Shown: positions 1-12,715 of the stretch, piece by piece
How positions within the stretch are numbered: the stretch's first letter is position 1
Layout: each line of letters opens with the position of its first letter
From: Octopus vulgaris
Lineage: Eukaryota
DNA: 64,000 nt
Direction of reading: 5' to 3'
NCBI GenBank assembly: GCA_951406725.2
Contig: OX597819.1
Span: 87,420,001 to 87,484,000 of the forward strand
Notes under the pieces: model-generated
Seen by the model: only the letters and a program-made list of their open reading frames with translations
The model's database searches: none
Told to the model about the DNA's origin: nothing
Made by a program: the position numbers and the translations under genes

Positions 1-175
1 ACCGGCATGGAGACACAAAATACTGAGGTAAATATGTCTGATGGAAGTGTGCCAAAAACGTTAGAAAAATGGTGATAGCATGTCAGGTGTGATCTAACAG
101 AGGTATGATACAAACAGAATATTACAGAGGTAAATAGTCAAAAGTTAGCCTTAAAGGTAGCAAGAGTTGCTTTAA

Positions 176-381
176 CCCTTTTGTTACCAAATCTCTGTTG
201 TAATAGACTGCCTTTTGGTTCAATTGCTTTTGAAAATAATGAAGAATTTAATGAAATAACTTTGTCGTCATTAAGCAGGTGTCTGGAACATAAGCTAAAT
301 TTTGGTGGAAGGTTTTAATCAAAAATGAAATTTGTATTATAGAATGAGGAGCCATCTCAGGTGGGTTAGTATCAAAAGAGC
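176..381 (-). mobile_element. TTAA-type (piggyBac-like) MITE, reverse copy of the 28975-29191 element
   Basis: Begins TTAA|CCCTTTTGTTACCA; the internal sequence is the reverse complement of the 28975-29191 element; the right end is decayed. Confidence 0.6.
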
Positions 382-585
382 TCATGTGGTATGGATAAGA
401 GAACCTAAGTCATGGAATAATTAGTGCTGCCTAAACACAAGTTGAGATTTAAACAACTCCAGTTCTATCACTTGGTGGGAGTGTCCAATTGTTGAAAGAA
501 AAACCCAATATTTCAGATGGCATCACTGATGTAACCAGACACACCACAAGATGATGTGTGAACAAAACTTTGTAGCTTCTCAGTT

Positions 586-733
586 GTAGGTTTTGCTTGC
601 CAGTCTGAAATTTCATCTGTAAATTTTCAATAGATCCAGCTATGAGAGCTAGGTCATCAGTATGCAAGTGTTTCCACAATAAGTCTTAAACTCTTCTGTT
701 ATAACCTGGAGAACTATAATAAACAAAGAGGAC
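586..733 (-). pseudogene. RTE-clade LINE reverse-transcriptase fragment (frameshifted)
   Basis: Minus frames give SSLFIIVLQVITEEFKT... then LHTDDLALIAGSIENLQMKFQTGKQNL, matching the RT motifs SPLLFIIV and LYADDLALIA of RTE elements. Confidence 0.7.
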
Positions 734-993
734 GGCAAAACGAGCCTTGATGGACAACTACTAGCATTATAAATTCATAGCTTTATTAATGAGCACATGA
801 GTATAGAGAGTAAAACAATCAAATGCCTTTTCCAGGTTCACAAATGTTAAATAGAGTGATTTCTTCCAAGCTAACTAATCCACCCAAATTTACCGCACTA
901 GAAAAGAAGCACTGGTAGTACAATGACCTTGCACACTTTCAGAGTGCACCTCACCAGAGCTATTTTTTAATCCTTATATATAGATACACACAC

Positions 994-1033
<40 letters not shown>

Positions 1034-1249
1034 TTTATCTTATATTAAACTTTTTAATACTTTTTGATAATATATATATATATTTTTTTTTAAATAAATA
1101 AATAAAATAATAAATATAAATAGATATAATAATTTAAATTTTTTAATTTTATATTTTATATATTTTGCATATTATATTAATTATTTTTATGTTTTGGTTT
1201 ATATTTTTCACTGTTTGGTTTGCCTAATAGTGGTTTTATCTCTAATTTA

Positions 1250-1338
<89 letters not shown>

Positions 1339-1751
1339 TACACACACAAGCATAGATACATATATATGCCTACCCACAGACACACACATACACACAAACA
1401 GGCTTATGCACTACTTTCATGTACCAAAATCCATTTATAAGTTATTGGTCTACCTGATGTCATGGAAGACAGCAAAGCAAATTATTATTCCACCATACTG
1501 CCACACTGGTCCCTATTCTTACTATACATATTTATTTTTAACTGACTTGTTTTTTCATTTTGTGCATGAAAGTGAAATATGAACAACTGATGAAGACTAA
1601 GTATCTTACACAGAGCAGAGAAGATGGAGGGGAAGCAGGTGAACATATGGTTTGTTAAATGTGCCAGTAGAATATGAGAACTGCTGAGCACAAATGGATT
1701 GAAGGAATATTTGGATGCCAAAAGCATTGGGTGGAATATACACATATATAG

Positions 1752-2231
1752 GGGCAGGTATGGCTGTGTGATAAAGAGCATGCTTCCTAACCACATGGTT
1801 TCAGGTTCAGTCCCACTGCACAGTACCTTGGGCAAGTGACTTCTACCATAGACTCTGGCCAACCAGAGTGTGAGTGGATTTGGTAGACAGAAACTGAAAG
1901 AAGCTGGTAGAAAGAAGATTTGGTAGACAGAAACTGAAAGAAGCTGGTAGAAAGAAGATTTGTCCTTGTTTGTCCCCTCTGTGTGTAGCCCCTTGAGGGC
2001 AGTAAAGAAATAAGAAACAGAAAGAAGCTTGTTATGCGAGTGGGTATGTGTTTGTATCTCTGTTTGTCTCCTGCCACTGCTTGGCAACCAGTGTTGGCAT
2101 GTTTACATCCCCATAACTTAATGATTCAACAAAAGAGAATGATAAAATAAGGACTAGGCTTAAAATTTAAAAAAAAATAATTCATTTGACTAAAAATTAA
2201 AGGCCACACTCTAATCACTGAAACAAATAAA
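1752..2231 (+). mobile_element. SINE family A (tRNA-derived head), diverged chimeric copy
   Basis: Head TGGCTGTGTG...GGTTCAGTCCCACTGC; internal 40-bp tandem duplication at 1877-1961; a SINE-B tail fragment at ~1959-2017; family-A tail. Confidence 0.8.
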
Positions 2232-2233
2232 GT

Positions 2234-2288
<55 letters not shown>

Positions 2289-2930
2289 TGTCTGTCTGTC
2301 TGTCTGTCTGTGCGTAGAGGAGGGAGAGAGAAAGTTGAGTGCACTCGTATGAACATTCAATGCACATTGCATAACAATACCTACTTGGTAAAAACAAATG
2401 TGTGTGGCGTAAGATTAACAGAAAGAAGAGAAATCTTAAAGGGGCAGGTATGGTGAAAAGCAGAGAGATTGGAATTTGAGAATGTCAGCTGTGATTGACA
2501 GTTTAGACAAAACAGATTAGGGTTAGCAAGCTGAAATACATACGCAGTCACAGCAATGTCACAAACACATGACAATGCCATAGAAAAACGTGGACCTCAA
2601 TAAGTGTCCCTAATGATGGTGATGACGACAATGATAGTGATGGTGCGGACAGCATTGATGACACTTCTTGTTCTTTTTACTGGATTCAGCCATTGCACTG
2701 AGGCCATACTAGAGCACTGTCACCAAGAGTTTTAGATTGATCATATCAGCACCAACCACTCCAGTACTGTTTCAATCTGTACTTACTTCACCAATCTTTA
2801 TTCATTAATCGTTAAGTTTTTACTTTTGGAGGAGTGAAGAAACAAAACTCAACACACATATCTACATCAGTAAGCAAACAATTACACAATTTTATACACT
2901 TAAATACAAACACACAAACATACATACATA

Positions 2931-3143
2931 CAAGGGGGTGCATAAAGCTCCTGGTTTTAAGTATGTTACAAAAGGCCTCATTGGAAGTCCAGCCTTCAAA
3001 GTTCTTTTATAGGGTGTAGAAAAACTGATGGACCACTGCAATAAATGTGAATCTGAGACAAGAATATGTTAAATAAAATCATAATTAACTGATCCTCCTG
3101 TATTTTCTTTTGCCCAAAACCAGAAACTTTTCAGCATCCACTT
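2931..3143 (-). mobile_element. Tc1/mariner-type MITE (same family as 41248-41474)
   Basis: Reverse complement of the 41248 element; TIR-like ends AAGGGGGTGC...AAAGCTCCTGG and CCAGAAACTTTTCAGCATCC. Confidence 0.7.
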
Positions 3144-3699
3144 AGGTGTGTGTTTGTGTGTGTATTTATAAATCATAACCATCACACACAAGCAAGTATG
3201 ACTGGATAACATGTGTTATCCCTTAGCAGATTGTTTAATATACCTAGCTACATGTGAGCACATATAGACAGCCCTTTGACCTCCTTTAACACAGTCAACC
3301 CCCCAATCTTATGATCATGACCCAAACACGATGGTTCATACCTATTTATATATCATTTAACATCCACTTTTCCTTGCTTGTTTAGGTCAGGCCAGAAGCT
3401 GATTTTTTTATGGCTGGATTCCTTTCCCATCAACACTCATTTGTTTCTAACCAAGGTAAAATTCTCCCATAGCAAGACGTTTTTCATGGAAGACTAGATA
3501 AAAAAAACAACCTCAGCTGTGTGACAATGATGTTCATTTACAACCATCATGTACTGTCTAGATAAGGGCACTCACTAACATATTATGCACAAACATACAT
3601 CCACCAGTCTCTCTATTATACTATAACCTCTCATCTGGCACAAAGCCATTTCCTGCAATTCCACTTCCTCTCCCAGGTGAAGGCTCTTCATCTTACAAG

Positions 3700-3933
3700 T
3701 TACTTGGTGACTCCATTGGGATCAGTGCCACATAAAAAGTACCAGTGCTGGTACCACATAAAAAGCGCCCAGTACACTCTGTAAAAAGGTTGGTGTTAGA
3801 AAAGGCATCCAGTTGTAGAAATCATACCAAAACAGACAATGGAGCCTGGTGCAGCTCTCCAACTTGCCAGCTCCTGTCAAACCATCTAACCCATGCCAGC
3901 GTAGAAGACAGACATTAAATGACGATGATGATA
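3700..3933 (+). mobile_element. SINE family C with (GAT)n tail
   Basis: TGGTGTTAGAAAAGGCATCCAG core and a CATTAAATGACGATGATGAT tail, shared with 58191-58563 and 25643-25895. Confidence 0.7.
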
Positions 3934-4264
3934 GTACATATACATATGACAGCTTCTTTCAGGCTCTCTCAATCAAATCCACTCACAGAAGCTTTGGTCA
4001 GCCCATGACTATAGTCATGCAGTAGGGCTGAACCCAAGACGATACTGTTGGGAAGAAAGCTTCTAAACCATACAGCCACACCTGTGTCTATATGAGAGAT
4101 TTCTATGCGATCTCCATCAACCACATTCACTCAAGGGTTTGGTTACCGGGAGGGAATAGAAGACACTTGCCCAAATTACTACACAATGGGACTGAACCCA
4201 AAACAACACTTTTGCAAAGTAAACTCCTCAACTATGCAGTTATGCATGCACCTACTTTTTTTTC

Positions 4265-4930
4265 TTTCTCGTTTCATTCATTAGATTAAGGGCATGCTAG
4301 GGCACCACCTTGAAGAATTTTAGTCAAACTAATCAACCCCAGTACTTATTTTCTTTTAAGTCTGCTACTTATACTATTTGGAGGTGCAATGGCCCAGTGG
4401 CTAGGGCAGCAGACTCACGGTTGGCGGATCGCAGTTTCAATTCCCAGACTGAGCGTCATGTGTGTTTATTGAGCAAAAACACCTAAAAGCTCCACGAGGC
4501 TCCGGCAGGGGGTGGTGGCGACCCTTGTTGTACTCTTTCGCCACAAATTTCTCTCACTCTCTCTTCCTGTTTCTTGAGTAATGCTGCGATGGACTGGCTT
4601 CCCGTCCAGCTGGGGAGAACACATACGCCATAGAAACCAGGCCCATGAGCCTGGCTAGGCTTGAAAAGGGCGACATTTATCATTTTACTTATGCTGTTGG
4701 TTTCTTTAGCCAAACTGCTAAGTTATGGAGATATAAACACACCAACACCAGTTGTCAAGCAGTGGTTCAAGACATGATGGGCTTCTTTCAGTTGCCAACT
4801 ACCAAATCCACTTACAAGGTTTTGGTCAGCCCAAAGATATAGCAGAAGACATTTGCCCAAGGTGCCATGCAATGGAACAGAACCTGGAACCATATGGCTG
4901 GGAAGCAAACTTCTTACCACAACAGCACCT
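4265..4930 (-). mobile_element. SINE family A, reverse copy, interrupted by SINE D
   Basis: Reverse complement of the family-A tail (4265-4378) and body/head (4686-4930). Confidence 0.7.
4380..4685 (+). mobile_element. SINE family D (tRNA head, V-domain-like core)
   Basis: Box A-like TGGCCCAGTGG and box B-like GTTTCAATTCC; core CTGCGATGGACTGGCTTCCCGTCCAG; 13-bp TSD TACTTATACTATT (4366-4378) / TACTTATGCTGTT (4686-4698). Confidence 0.75.
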
Positions 4931-5488
4931 TTCTGTTAAATGATCTATAATTTTTCCTAAATCATAATTTTTCTAAACCATAAAAACAATTTCAATAAAT
5001 TTATAATTTTAACCTAACTGCAAATACTTGCTTATTTAACATTTGTCAAATATCAAAATATTTGACACAATCTTTTCAACAAGTGGAATTTATCAAGCAA
5101 ATGGTGGTAGCAAAATATCAACATCAAAAACATTTAACTAATTTGAATAAAAAAAAAAAGAGAAAAAAACAAGCCATTATAAAACTTGTCTGTTTAATCA
5201 AATGACCAAAGAGAGAGAGGGGGAGAGAAACATACACAAATATACAAAGATTCCAAAAATGGAACAGAAATTATTAGATATATTTAGCTCTTTTGCGCCC
5301 CATTCTCTTTTGTGTCTCTAATAAAGCTTTCTAAATTCCTGTAGAAATGAAACAATGAAACTTATGTGTGTGTGTGAGAGAGAGAGAGAGAATGAGAGAG
5401 TGAGAGAGAAGGGAAGAGGTGGAGAAGGGAGAGAGTGTGTGTGTTTCACCATTCTATAAATGACAGTGGTATAATTGTTTATATTAAC

Positions 5489-5534
<46 letters not shown>

Positions 5535-6666
5535 GCTGCTATTAGTGTCAGTGTTAGTTTTTGCTTTCAATCGTTTTGAAGAGAAAGAGCAAAAAAAAAA
5601 ACAAAAAAAAATACTGCATTTCCCTTCATGAAATAAACATGGTGAACTGGAAAACGTTTTTGTGTTTTGTTGTTTTATTTACAGTCTCAGGAGAAACTTG
5701 GAAAATGAATAAACAAGTGAGACAGAGTGTGAGTGAATAGAGGGAGAGATAGAGAAGGAGAAAGATAAAGGGAGAGTGAGCGAAGGGAAAAGAGAGAGTA
5801 CATATTGTGAATATGGGATTCAGTTGAATATTTTGCATGCATGTGAGTGTCACTCAGTTGCATATTTTGTGGATATCTGTAAATACAGTTGCACACGTGC
5901 ATTTGCATGCATACAAGTGCATTAAGTGTGTGAGTGAGAGTGAGAGAGAAAGATGAATGAATTTTAGATAAAGATACAATTGTTTAAAACCTAAGTACAT
6001 GGTACCATTTTTTGACATGACCCATGATTGTCAAAATAAAAGCAAAGAAAAAAACAAACAAACAAGAAGGCGATACAGTGAGGAATACTATTAGAGCTTT
6101 AAAACACTCACAAAACTGGAGATTACCAACAATTTCCAGTAACCCATCAAAACAATTTTATACACACAACTGTAAAAGTAACACAATGAAGGAAGGAAAA
6201 AAAAAACCCAAAAAAGCACAAAAATGTATAAACTTTTTTTAAAAATATAGATGGGTGTTTATAAAAGTAGGTCCCCTTTTTTTATACAATGAAAATAAAC
6301 AATACTAATTAAGTTTGTGCACTGTGAGAAGTAAATAGCAAACATGATTTTTATCAACACAGACCATCAACTTTTCATGAGACTAAGGATTTTTGAGGTT
6401 TTTACTCTCCTCGAAAGGAGGGTAAGTTTATTTCATTTGACAATTGAAATATAACTGGAAATTGGGTTATGAAGAGCAATAAGATTTAATCCACAATTAG
6501 AGCTGACAGAATTGCTAGCATGCTGAAGGTCGACTTTACTTTTCATCTTTACGAGGTTGATAAAATAAGTACCACTTGAATACTAAAATTAATGTAATTG
6601 ACTGCCCACCACCCATCAACCAAAATTTCAGGATTTGTGCCTACAGAAGAAAGAATATATATGGTT

Positions 6667-7050
6667 AGGAGTGGCTGTGTGGTAAGTAGCTTGCTTACCA
6701 ACCACATGGTTCCGGGTTCAGTCCAACTACGTAGCACCTTGGGCAAGTGTCTTCTACTATAGCCTCAGGCCAACCAAAGCCTTGTGAGTGGATTTGGTAG
6801 ACAGAAACTGAAAGAAGCCCATCGTATATATATGTGTTTGTGTTTCTGTGTCCCCCCCCCCCAACATCGCTTGACAACCGATGCTGGTGTGTTTACATCC
6901 TTGTAACTTAGCGGTTCGGCAATAGAGACCGATAGAATAAGTACTAGGCTTACAAAGAATAAGTCCTGGGGGCGATTTCCTCGACTAAAGGCGGTACTCC
7001 AGCATGACCACAGTCAAATGACTGAAACAAGTAAAAGAGAGTAAAAGAGA
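6667..7050 (+). mobile_element. SINE family A, near-complete copy
   Basis: GTGGCTGTGTGG (A box), GGGTTCAGTCC (B box), internal (TA/TG)n, tail GACTGAAACAAGTAAAAGAGAGTAAAAGA; highly similar to 12301-12715 and 48029-48390. Confidence 0.9.
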
Positions 7051-7293
7051 TGTGCATTCACATAAGCATTTCAGCTTTTGCAATTTATATAAAAATTTCA
7101 CTGGAATAAAAATTAACCTACAACTTTTTTTAAAGAGATTTTTGTAGATAAGCATAATGAAATATTTTGGTAGAATAGAACAATACTGATGTTTTCTCTG
7201 CTTGTCACAATGTATCCAAGTGTCACACTTTAAAACAACCCTGACTATGGAACAAAATTGAAGATATAGCTAAAACCTTTAGCACAATGAAAC

Positions 7294-7783
7294 CAGTGGT
7301 TCTCAACCAGGGACCATATAAAATTTTGTTGTTAGAATTCATGTACAACAAATTGCTTATATTTCTACAAAACATTTAAACATTTTTTTTTTACCAATTT
7401 CTAATAATATCTAGTCATAAACAGATAATAACAAGGACTATTCTGGCTGTTGGTTAGGATGCCTTTTCTAAGCACCTCATTTAGCTTGCTTAACAAAGCC
7501 ATACATTTTATGGCAGGGATAGGGAGGGCGCCGATAAAGGCTTGAATATTGGACATATTTTTCAGCAATTTTCTTCCAGGATCGATAAAGTCAAAGTTGG
7601 CCTTGGCAGGACTGCAACTTAGAATATAATAAAACCAAGCAGTTTGTTTGCAAGATCATCTACCAATTCCACTAATCCACTGCAAAGAGTTTTCAGGTAT
7701 CAAATGACTATGAGGGTTCCCCTTTTCTGAGTAAAATAGGAATCAAAGGGGTCTGTAGACACAAAAATGGTTGAGAATCACTA
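7294..7783. mobile_element. hAT (Charlie/Buster-type) non-autonomous element with a nested insertion
   Basis: TIRs CAGTGGTTCTCAACC and GGTTGAGAATCACTA; the body resembles 26361-26687 and 59599-59856. Confidence 0.65.
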
Positions 7784-8237
7784 AGAGTATTAAGCTTCTA
7801 ACAACCTTAATTATGGAATGGGATCAAACTCACAATCAAAACTTTTAACATAATGAAACAATGTTATGAAAATAGATAAATTTATTCATCAAAATAGGTG
7901 AGACAGTAGAATTTCCACAAGTTTTTATTAAAATATAGCTACATTAACCCTATTGAAACCAACCTACCCGGGATCCAAATTAAAACCTTTCATCACAATC
8001 TCATGCTAATTTGTGTTTCAAACACCAGCATAATAAAGACAAAGTTTTATTTTGATAAACTTTTTATTAATTTTAAAATTAACTGAAATAAAAGTATATT
8101 TCAACAGAAATATGATAACAGAAAGGCTAAAGTTTTTCTTGTCCCAGTTAGTATTTTTCTTTTCTATAACCACTGGTGTCAACCCTAAATTGTATTACCA
8201 TTTCAAATGTATGACATTTCATGAATGTTTTCATCTA

Positions 8238-8648
8238 TAGGCACAGGTGAGACTGTGTGGTAAGAAGTTTGCTTCCTAACCAGTGATTATGAGTTCAGTT
8301 CTACTACGGGCAAATGTCTTCTACTAAAGCCTCAGGCTGAACCAAAGCCTTGTGAATGGGCTTGGCAGACAGAAACTGAAAGAAGCCTGTCGTGTGTGTG
8401 TGTAAATATTTTCATAAACAAATCCAAAAGGCTTTGCAAGTTACAGAGACAAAGCAACTATGGAAGACTCATAGTATAACTGTATAATATATATCATAAT
8501 GATATTTATTCACAGATTTGAAGCAACAATTCTTTAAATATAAACAAATGACTGGAAAATGATAAGCTAACCTCAGGCTGAACTGAACTCACAAATTGAT
8601 GCTTACATGGCTCCTTGCAATTCTGATTTCCCAAATGCTCACCCATCA

Positions 8649-8689
<41 letters not shown>

Positions 8690-8878
8690 CCCACCAACAC
8701 CTGATAGCTGGTGTTGGTGTGTTTATGTACTATAACATGACGGTTCAGCAAAAGAGACCAATAGAATAAGTACCAAGCTTAAAAAAGTAATGAGGTCAAT
8801 TTGTTCAACCAAAGTTCTTCAAAGCAGTGCCCCAGTATGACTGCAGTCTAATGACTGGAACAAGTAAAAGATAAAAGA
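8238..8878 (+). mobile_element. SINE family A, interrupted by ~250 bp of unrelated sequence
   Basis: Family-A head at 8238-8400 and tail at 8650-8878. Confidence 0.7.
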
Positions 8879-9366
8879 ATTATGTCCACCTGATGATGGC
8901 TAGACAGAACTGCTAGTGGCAACAGTTGCAGAATATCACAGTCAGGAAATGTGATGTAAAGAACAACCAAAAATGACGTGTGTTTGGTAATTGCTTCACC
9001 TTGGATGCAGCACTTCACGTTAATATCTATAGTAGCCATGTGCCAACCAACGCCTTGTGAGTGAAATTGGTTAAAGGAAACTGAGTGAGACCCAATTAAA
9101 CACATGCAGAGTGGGAATGTTGTGTACCAGGATAAAGTGGTTTATAGTGTTGCATTCTTTTAAACCAAAAAAAATTTTGAATTTAATAAATACAGATTGA
9201 TAAAATAATCAGTAGGTTGAAATTAATTCTAGAAGTGATATGACCAACGAAAACACTTAAAGGCAGTGGCCTGGAGTAACAGCAGTTGAATGGTTGAAAC
9301 CCGTAAAAGAAAAAAAAAGAATGACGTTCCATTTGTAATTCATAAAGTAAATAAATAAATACATAC

Positions 9367-9689
9367 TTGGACCATTCTTCCAAAGATGTTCTCCTTTCAA
9401 GATAACCTGACATTACAGTCTGGGGTTGTAAATGCAGTGAAGATACACTGGAAGACAGTTTATCAATTTTACACTTTGTTGTATCGTTGAAGAGATTTTC
9501 GACAATAGGCAGAGATTTGGGGCGTTTGGCTGTTTGTACTCCTCCTTCAGTTGTTAGCAGTTTAGTGGTATGAACTGAGGATTTTGTTTCATCAGGGCTG
9601 AGAGAGCACGACTGTTGAGCATTGCACAATGATTTTTTAGCAGGTGTGAGGGTAGGTGGGATGATCTTAGTACGACTGATGTGCGCCAT
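9367..9689 (-). CDS. Coding exon (323 bp) of a host gene; Ser/Thr/Lys-rich linker followed by the start of a probable PH domain
   Basis: Acceptor ...TATTATTTCAG|ATGGCG and donor ...TGGTCCAA|GTATGT; the frame is open and non-repetitive: MAHISRTKII...QTVMSGYLERRTSLEEWS(K). xGYLxR...W is the typical PH beta1-beta2 signature. Partner exons were not identified. Confidence 0.75.
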
Positions 9690-9693
9690 CTGA

Positions 9694-9734
<41 letters not shown>

Positions 9735-10794
9735 CAATGAAAATAATTTTATAAAATGTTACAAGCAATAGCTCTGCTGACAAAAGAACCAACAGTAGCA
9801 GTTTCAAATAACAAAGAGTTATTGTTATAAAATCTAGCAATACAAATTCAGTAAAAATGTTATTGGTAAATAATTTGCCTCTTTTAAAAGAGAAATACCA
9901 ATCCTAATAACTAGCACAATAAAAAAAAATAGAATCAGCTCATGAATTGGATATTGAGCAATGTATATTAAAAAAAAAAAAAATCATCTTACAAAATTCT
10001 CCCTGTTTCAGGTCTGACATTACATCTTAATTGAAGGGGGGGGGGAAATTTGAAAGACAAATGAAGTTGTCATATCATCATGTTCATAGTCAACTCTCTC
10101 AAATCTTATGTGACATGAAAACTAAGAGAAGAAAACATGTGATGTAAAATAAAGGAGTTAGTCATGCATGACTTATTCAAAAATAGGGTTCAAAATGGAG
10201 TTTGTCGGTCAGTTTAGGAAAATTATAAACTACTTGCAAAACAGAAAAAAAGGAGAAAATGTGAAAAAAAAAAAAAAAAAATTACAAAAGGTTATATAAA
10301 AGGATAAACTGAAAGGAAGCTTTTAAAATTATCTTTTCTTAATGCAAAAAAAAAAAAAAAAAATTTTTATAAAGGATTTTTGTAGAAATAATTCATATGT
10401 AATACATTCCCAATTTTTTTCAACCACGAGGAGCAACTTGGTATTTATAAAAGGAAAGCTTTATGTTACTCAGAACATATAAAACAAGAAATAACTAAAA
10501 GTCTAATAACAAACCTGGACATTTAGGACAAACTTATAAAAATGCTTTGGACAGGTAAATGGTTAAATCTGACTTCATCACAGACTGAAACCAATGGTAA
10601 AATATGGATTGCTTTTATAGAACAGAAGATGGTTATCAAGTTATCAGCTGTTACAGATTTCATCTCTTCTGATCAAGCAGTTCATTAACTCTTTAATATT
10701 TAGACTGTTCTATCAGACGTAACACTCTTTATTCACAGTTTTGAATTTATCCTGCATAATCTTGTATCCTTGAGATTTTGATTATAAGACTTAT

Positions 10795-10990
10795 TCTCTT
10801 ACAGGTTTCAGCCATTTGACTGCAGCCATGCTGGAGCACCACCCTTAGTTGAACAAATCGACACCAAGACTTATCCTTTGCAAGCCTGGTACTTATTCTA
10901 TTGGTCTCTTTTGCTGAATAGCTAAGTTACAAGGACATACACCAACATTGGTTGTCAAGCAATGATGGGGGACAAACAAAGACACACACA
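10795..10990 (-). mobile_element. SINE family A, 3' half, reverse
   Basis: TTTCAGCCATTTGACTGCAGCCATGCTGGAGCACC...GGGGACAAAC is the reverse complement of the family-A tail. Confidence 0.8.
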
Positions 10991-12300
10991 TTTTTGTGTA
11001 ATTTAGGTGACAATTTATTTATTGCACCCTGCAGATATATATATATGCATTACATACATGTATTGTAAGTGTGTGTGTGTGTACATGTGTGTGTATTCAA
11101 CATGTCAAATATAAAACAGTCTTGTAAGCAAAAGATCCAGCTCTTCAAAACCTCCCACACTAATCAGTGCAATTTCAATCCTTAATTCTGACTGAACAAA
11201 TGAATGCATGTATTCATAAAAGTGACTAATGTTGGCAGTGTTGTTGTAGTTGTTTTATATTTCAATACAAGGAACAAAAATAAAGATAAACTACAGTAGA
11301 GTAACTCATTGGATGATTGAGATTTCATCAAGAAAAGAAAAGGTTATTAGGGGACAGAAAGGAAGGCAACATACACACACACACACATATATTTATATAT
11401 ATATATATACATATATAATATATATATATATATATACATATATATAATGGGAAAAGAAAGTATGACAACAGAACACTGAAGAAGAAAAAGATGTTAATTG
11501 TTGCAGACAGACTTCTTTGCAACACGTACAAAAGACATGAAATACAATTATAATTTAAGGAAGATGAATAGAGCAAAGAGTGGAAAAGGTCCAACAATTT
11601 TCAATGCACAAAGGTACATGAAATCTGAGCAATGTCAAATTGTAGACTGGCACTTACAAACAAGAGTCAGTAGGATGGGGGAATAATTATTACTTTGAAA
11701 GAAAGGGCACAGGTTGGGAGGTGAAGGAGTGAAAGAGTGGGTTGTAGGTGATTATTGTCATCATCACCATCATCATCATCATCCTCGTTGTTGTTATTTT
11801 CAGTCTATAGAATTGAAGCAAAGCCCATAAACTAGTATAGACAGAAGAGTTAAGAAGACTATATGGCAAAGTTGGTCCAGTGTAGGAAGTGTTCAGCAAG
11901 TAGCTAAGTACTTTTAAATCCTTGCTTATCAATCACTTATAGCACGATAACAATGTTTTCAACAGAAAATAACGACAAACAAATTGCATAGAAAAGGAAA
12001 GAACAGAACTTTAAACTCAACACTGAAGCATAGTAATTTCTAATCTAGGTACACAACTGCTAATTTGTGGAACAGTTATTGCAGATTATGTCACTCCCTA
12101 GTATTTAAGCAATATCTTATTCATAAATCCCAGAAAGATGAAAGACAAAATCAACCAACCTTGGGAAGATTTCAACTGAGAATTTAAATTGTCGTTACTA
12201 AATACTGGAAAACATTTTATTCAAAGCCCTATATACTTCCTGCTAGTCAAATGATAGAATGAAAATATATTCCTGGGTAAAATCTAAAGAGTTAACCAAG

Positions 12301-12463
12301 CATAGGAGTGGCTGTGTGGTAAGTAGCTTGCTTACCAACCACATGGTTCTGGGTTCAGTCCCACTGCATGGCACCTTGGGTATGTGTCTTCTACTATAGC
12401 CCCAGGCCGACCAAAGCCTTGTGAGTGGATTTGGTAGACGGAAACTGAAAGAAGCCCATCGTA

Positions 12464-12520
<57 letters not shown>

Positions 12521-12715
12521 TTGTGTGTCTGTGTTTGCCCCCCAACATCGCTTGACAACCGATGCTGGTGTGTTTACGTCACCATAACTTAGTGGTTCGG
12601 CAAAAGAGACTGATAGAATAAGTACTAGGCTTACAAAGAATAAGTCCTGGGGTCGATTTGCTCGACTAAAGGTGGTGCTCCAGCATGGCCACAGTCAAAG
12701 AGTAAAAGAGTAAAT
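12301..12715 (+). mobile_element. SINE family A, near-complete copy
   Basis: Near-identical to 6667-7050, with an expanded internal (TA)n(TG)n. Confidence 0.9.

Noticed and set aside
5240-5730. Candidate small exons (minus acceptor at ~5339; plus micro-exon at ~5685-5716)
   Set aside because: The minus candidate has stops in all frames and does not continue the PH domain; the plus candidate has no partner exon.
6667-6745. tRNA genes at SINE heads
   Set aside because: Only A/B-box remnants are present, with no complete cloverleaf, and they run on into SINE bodies.
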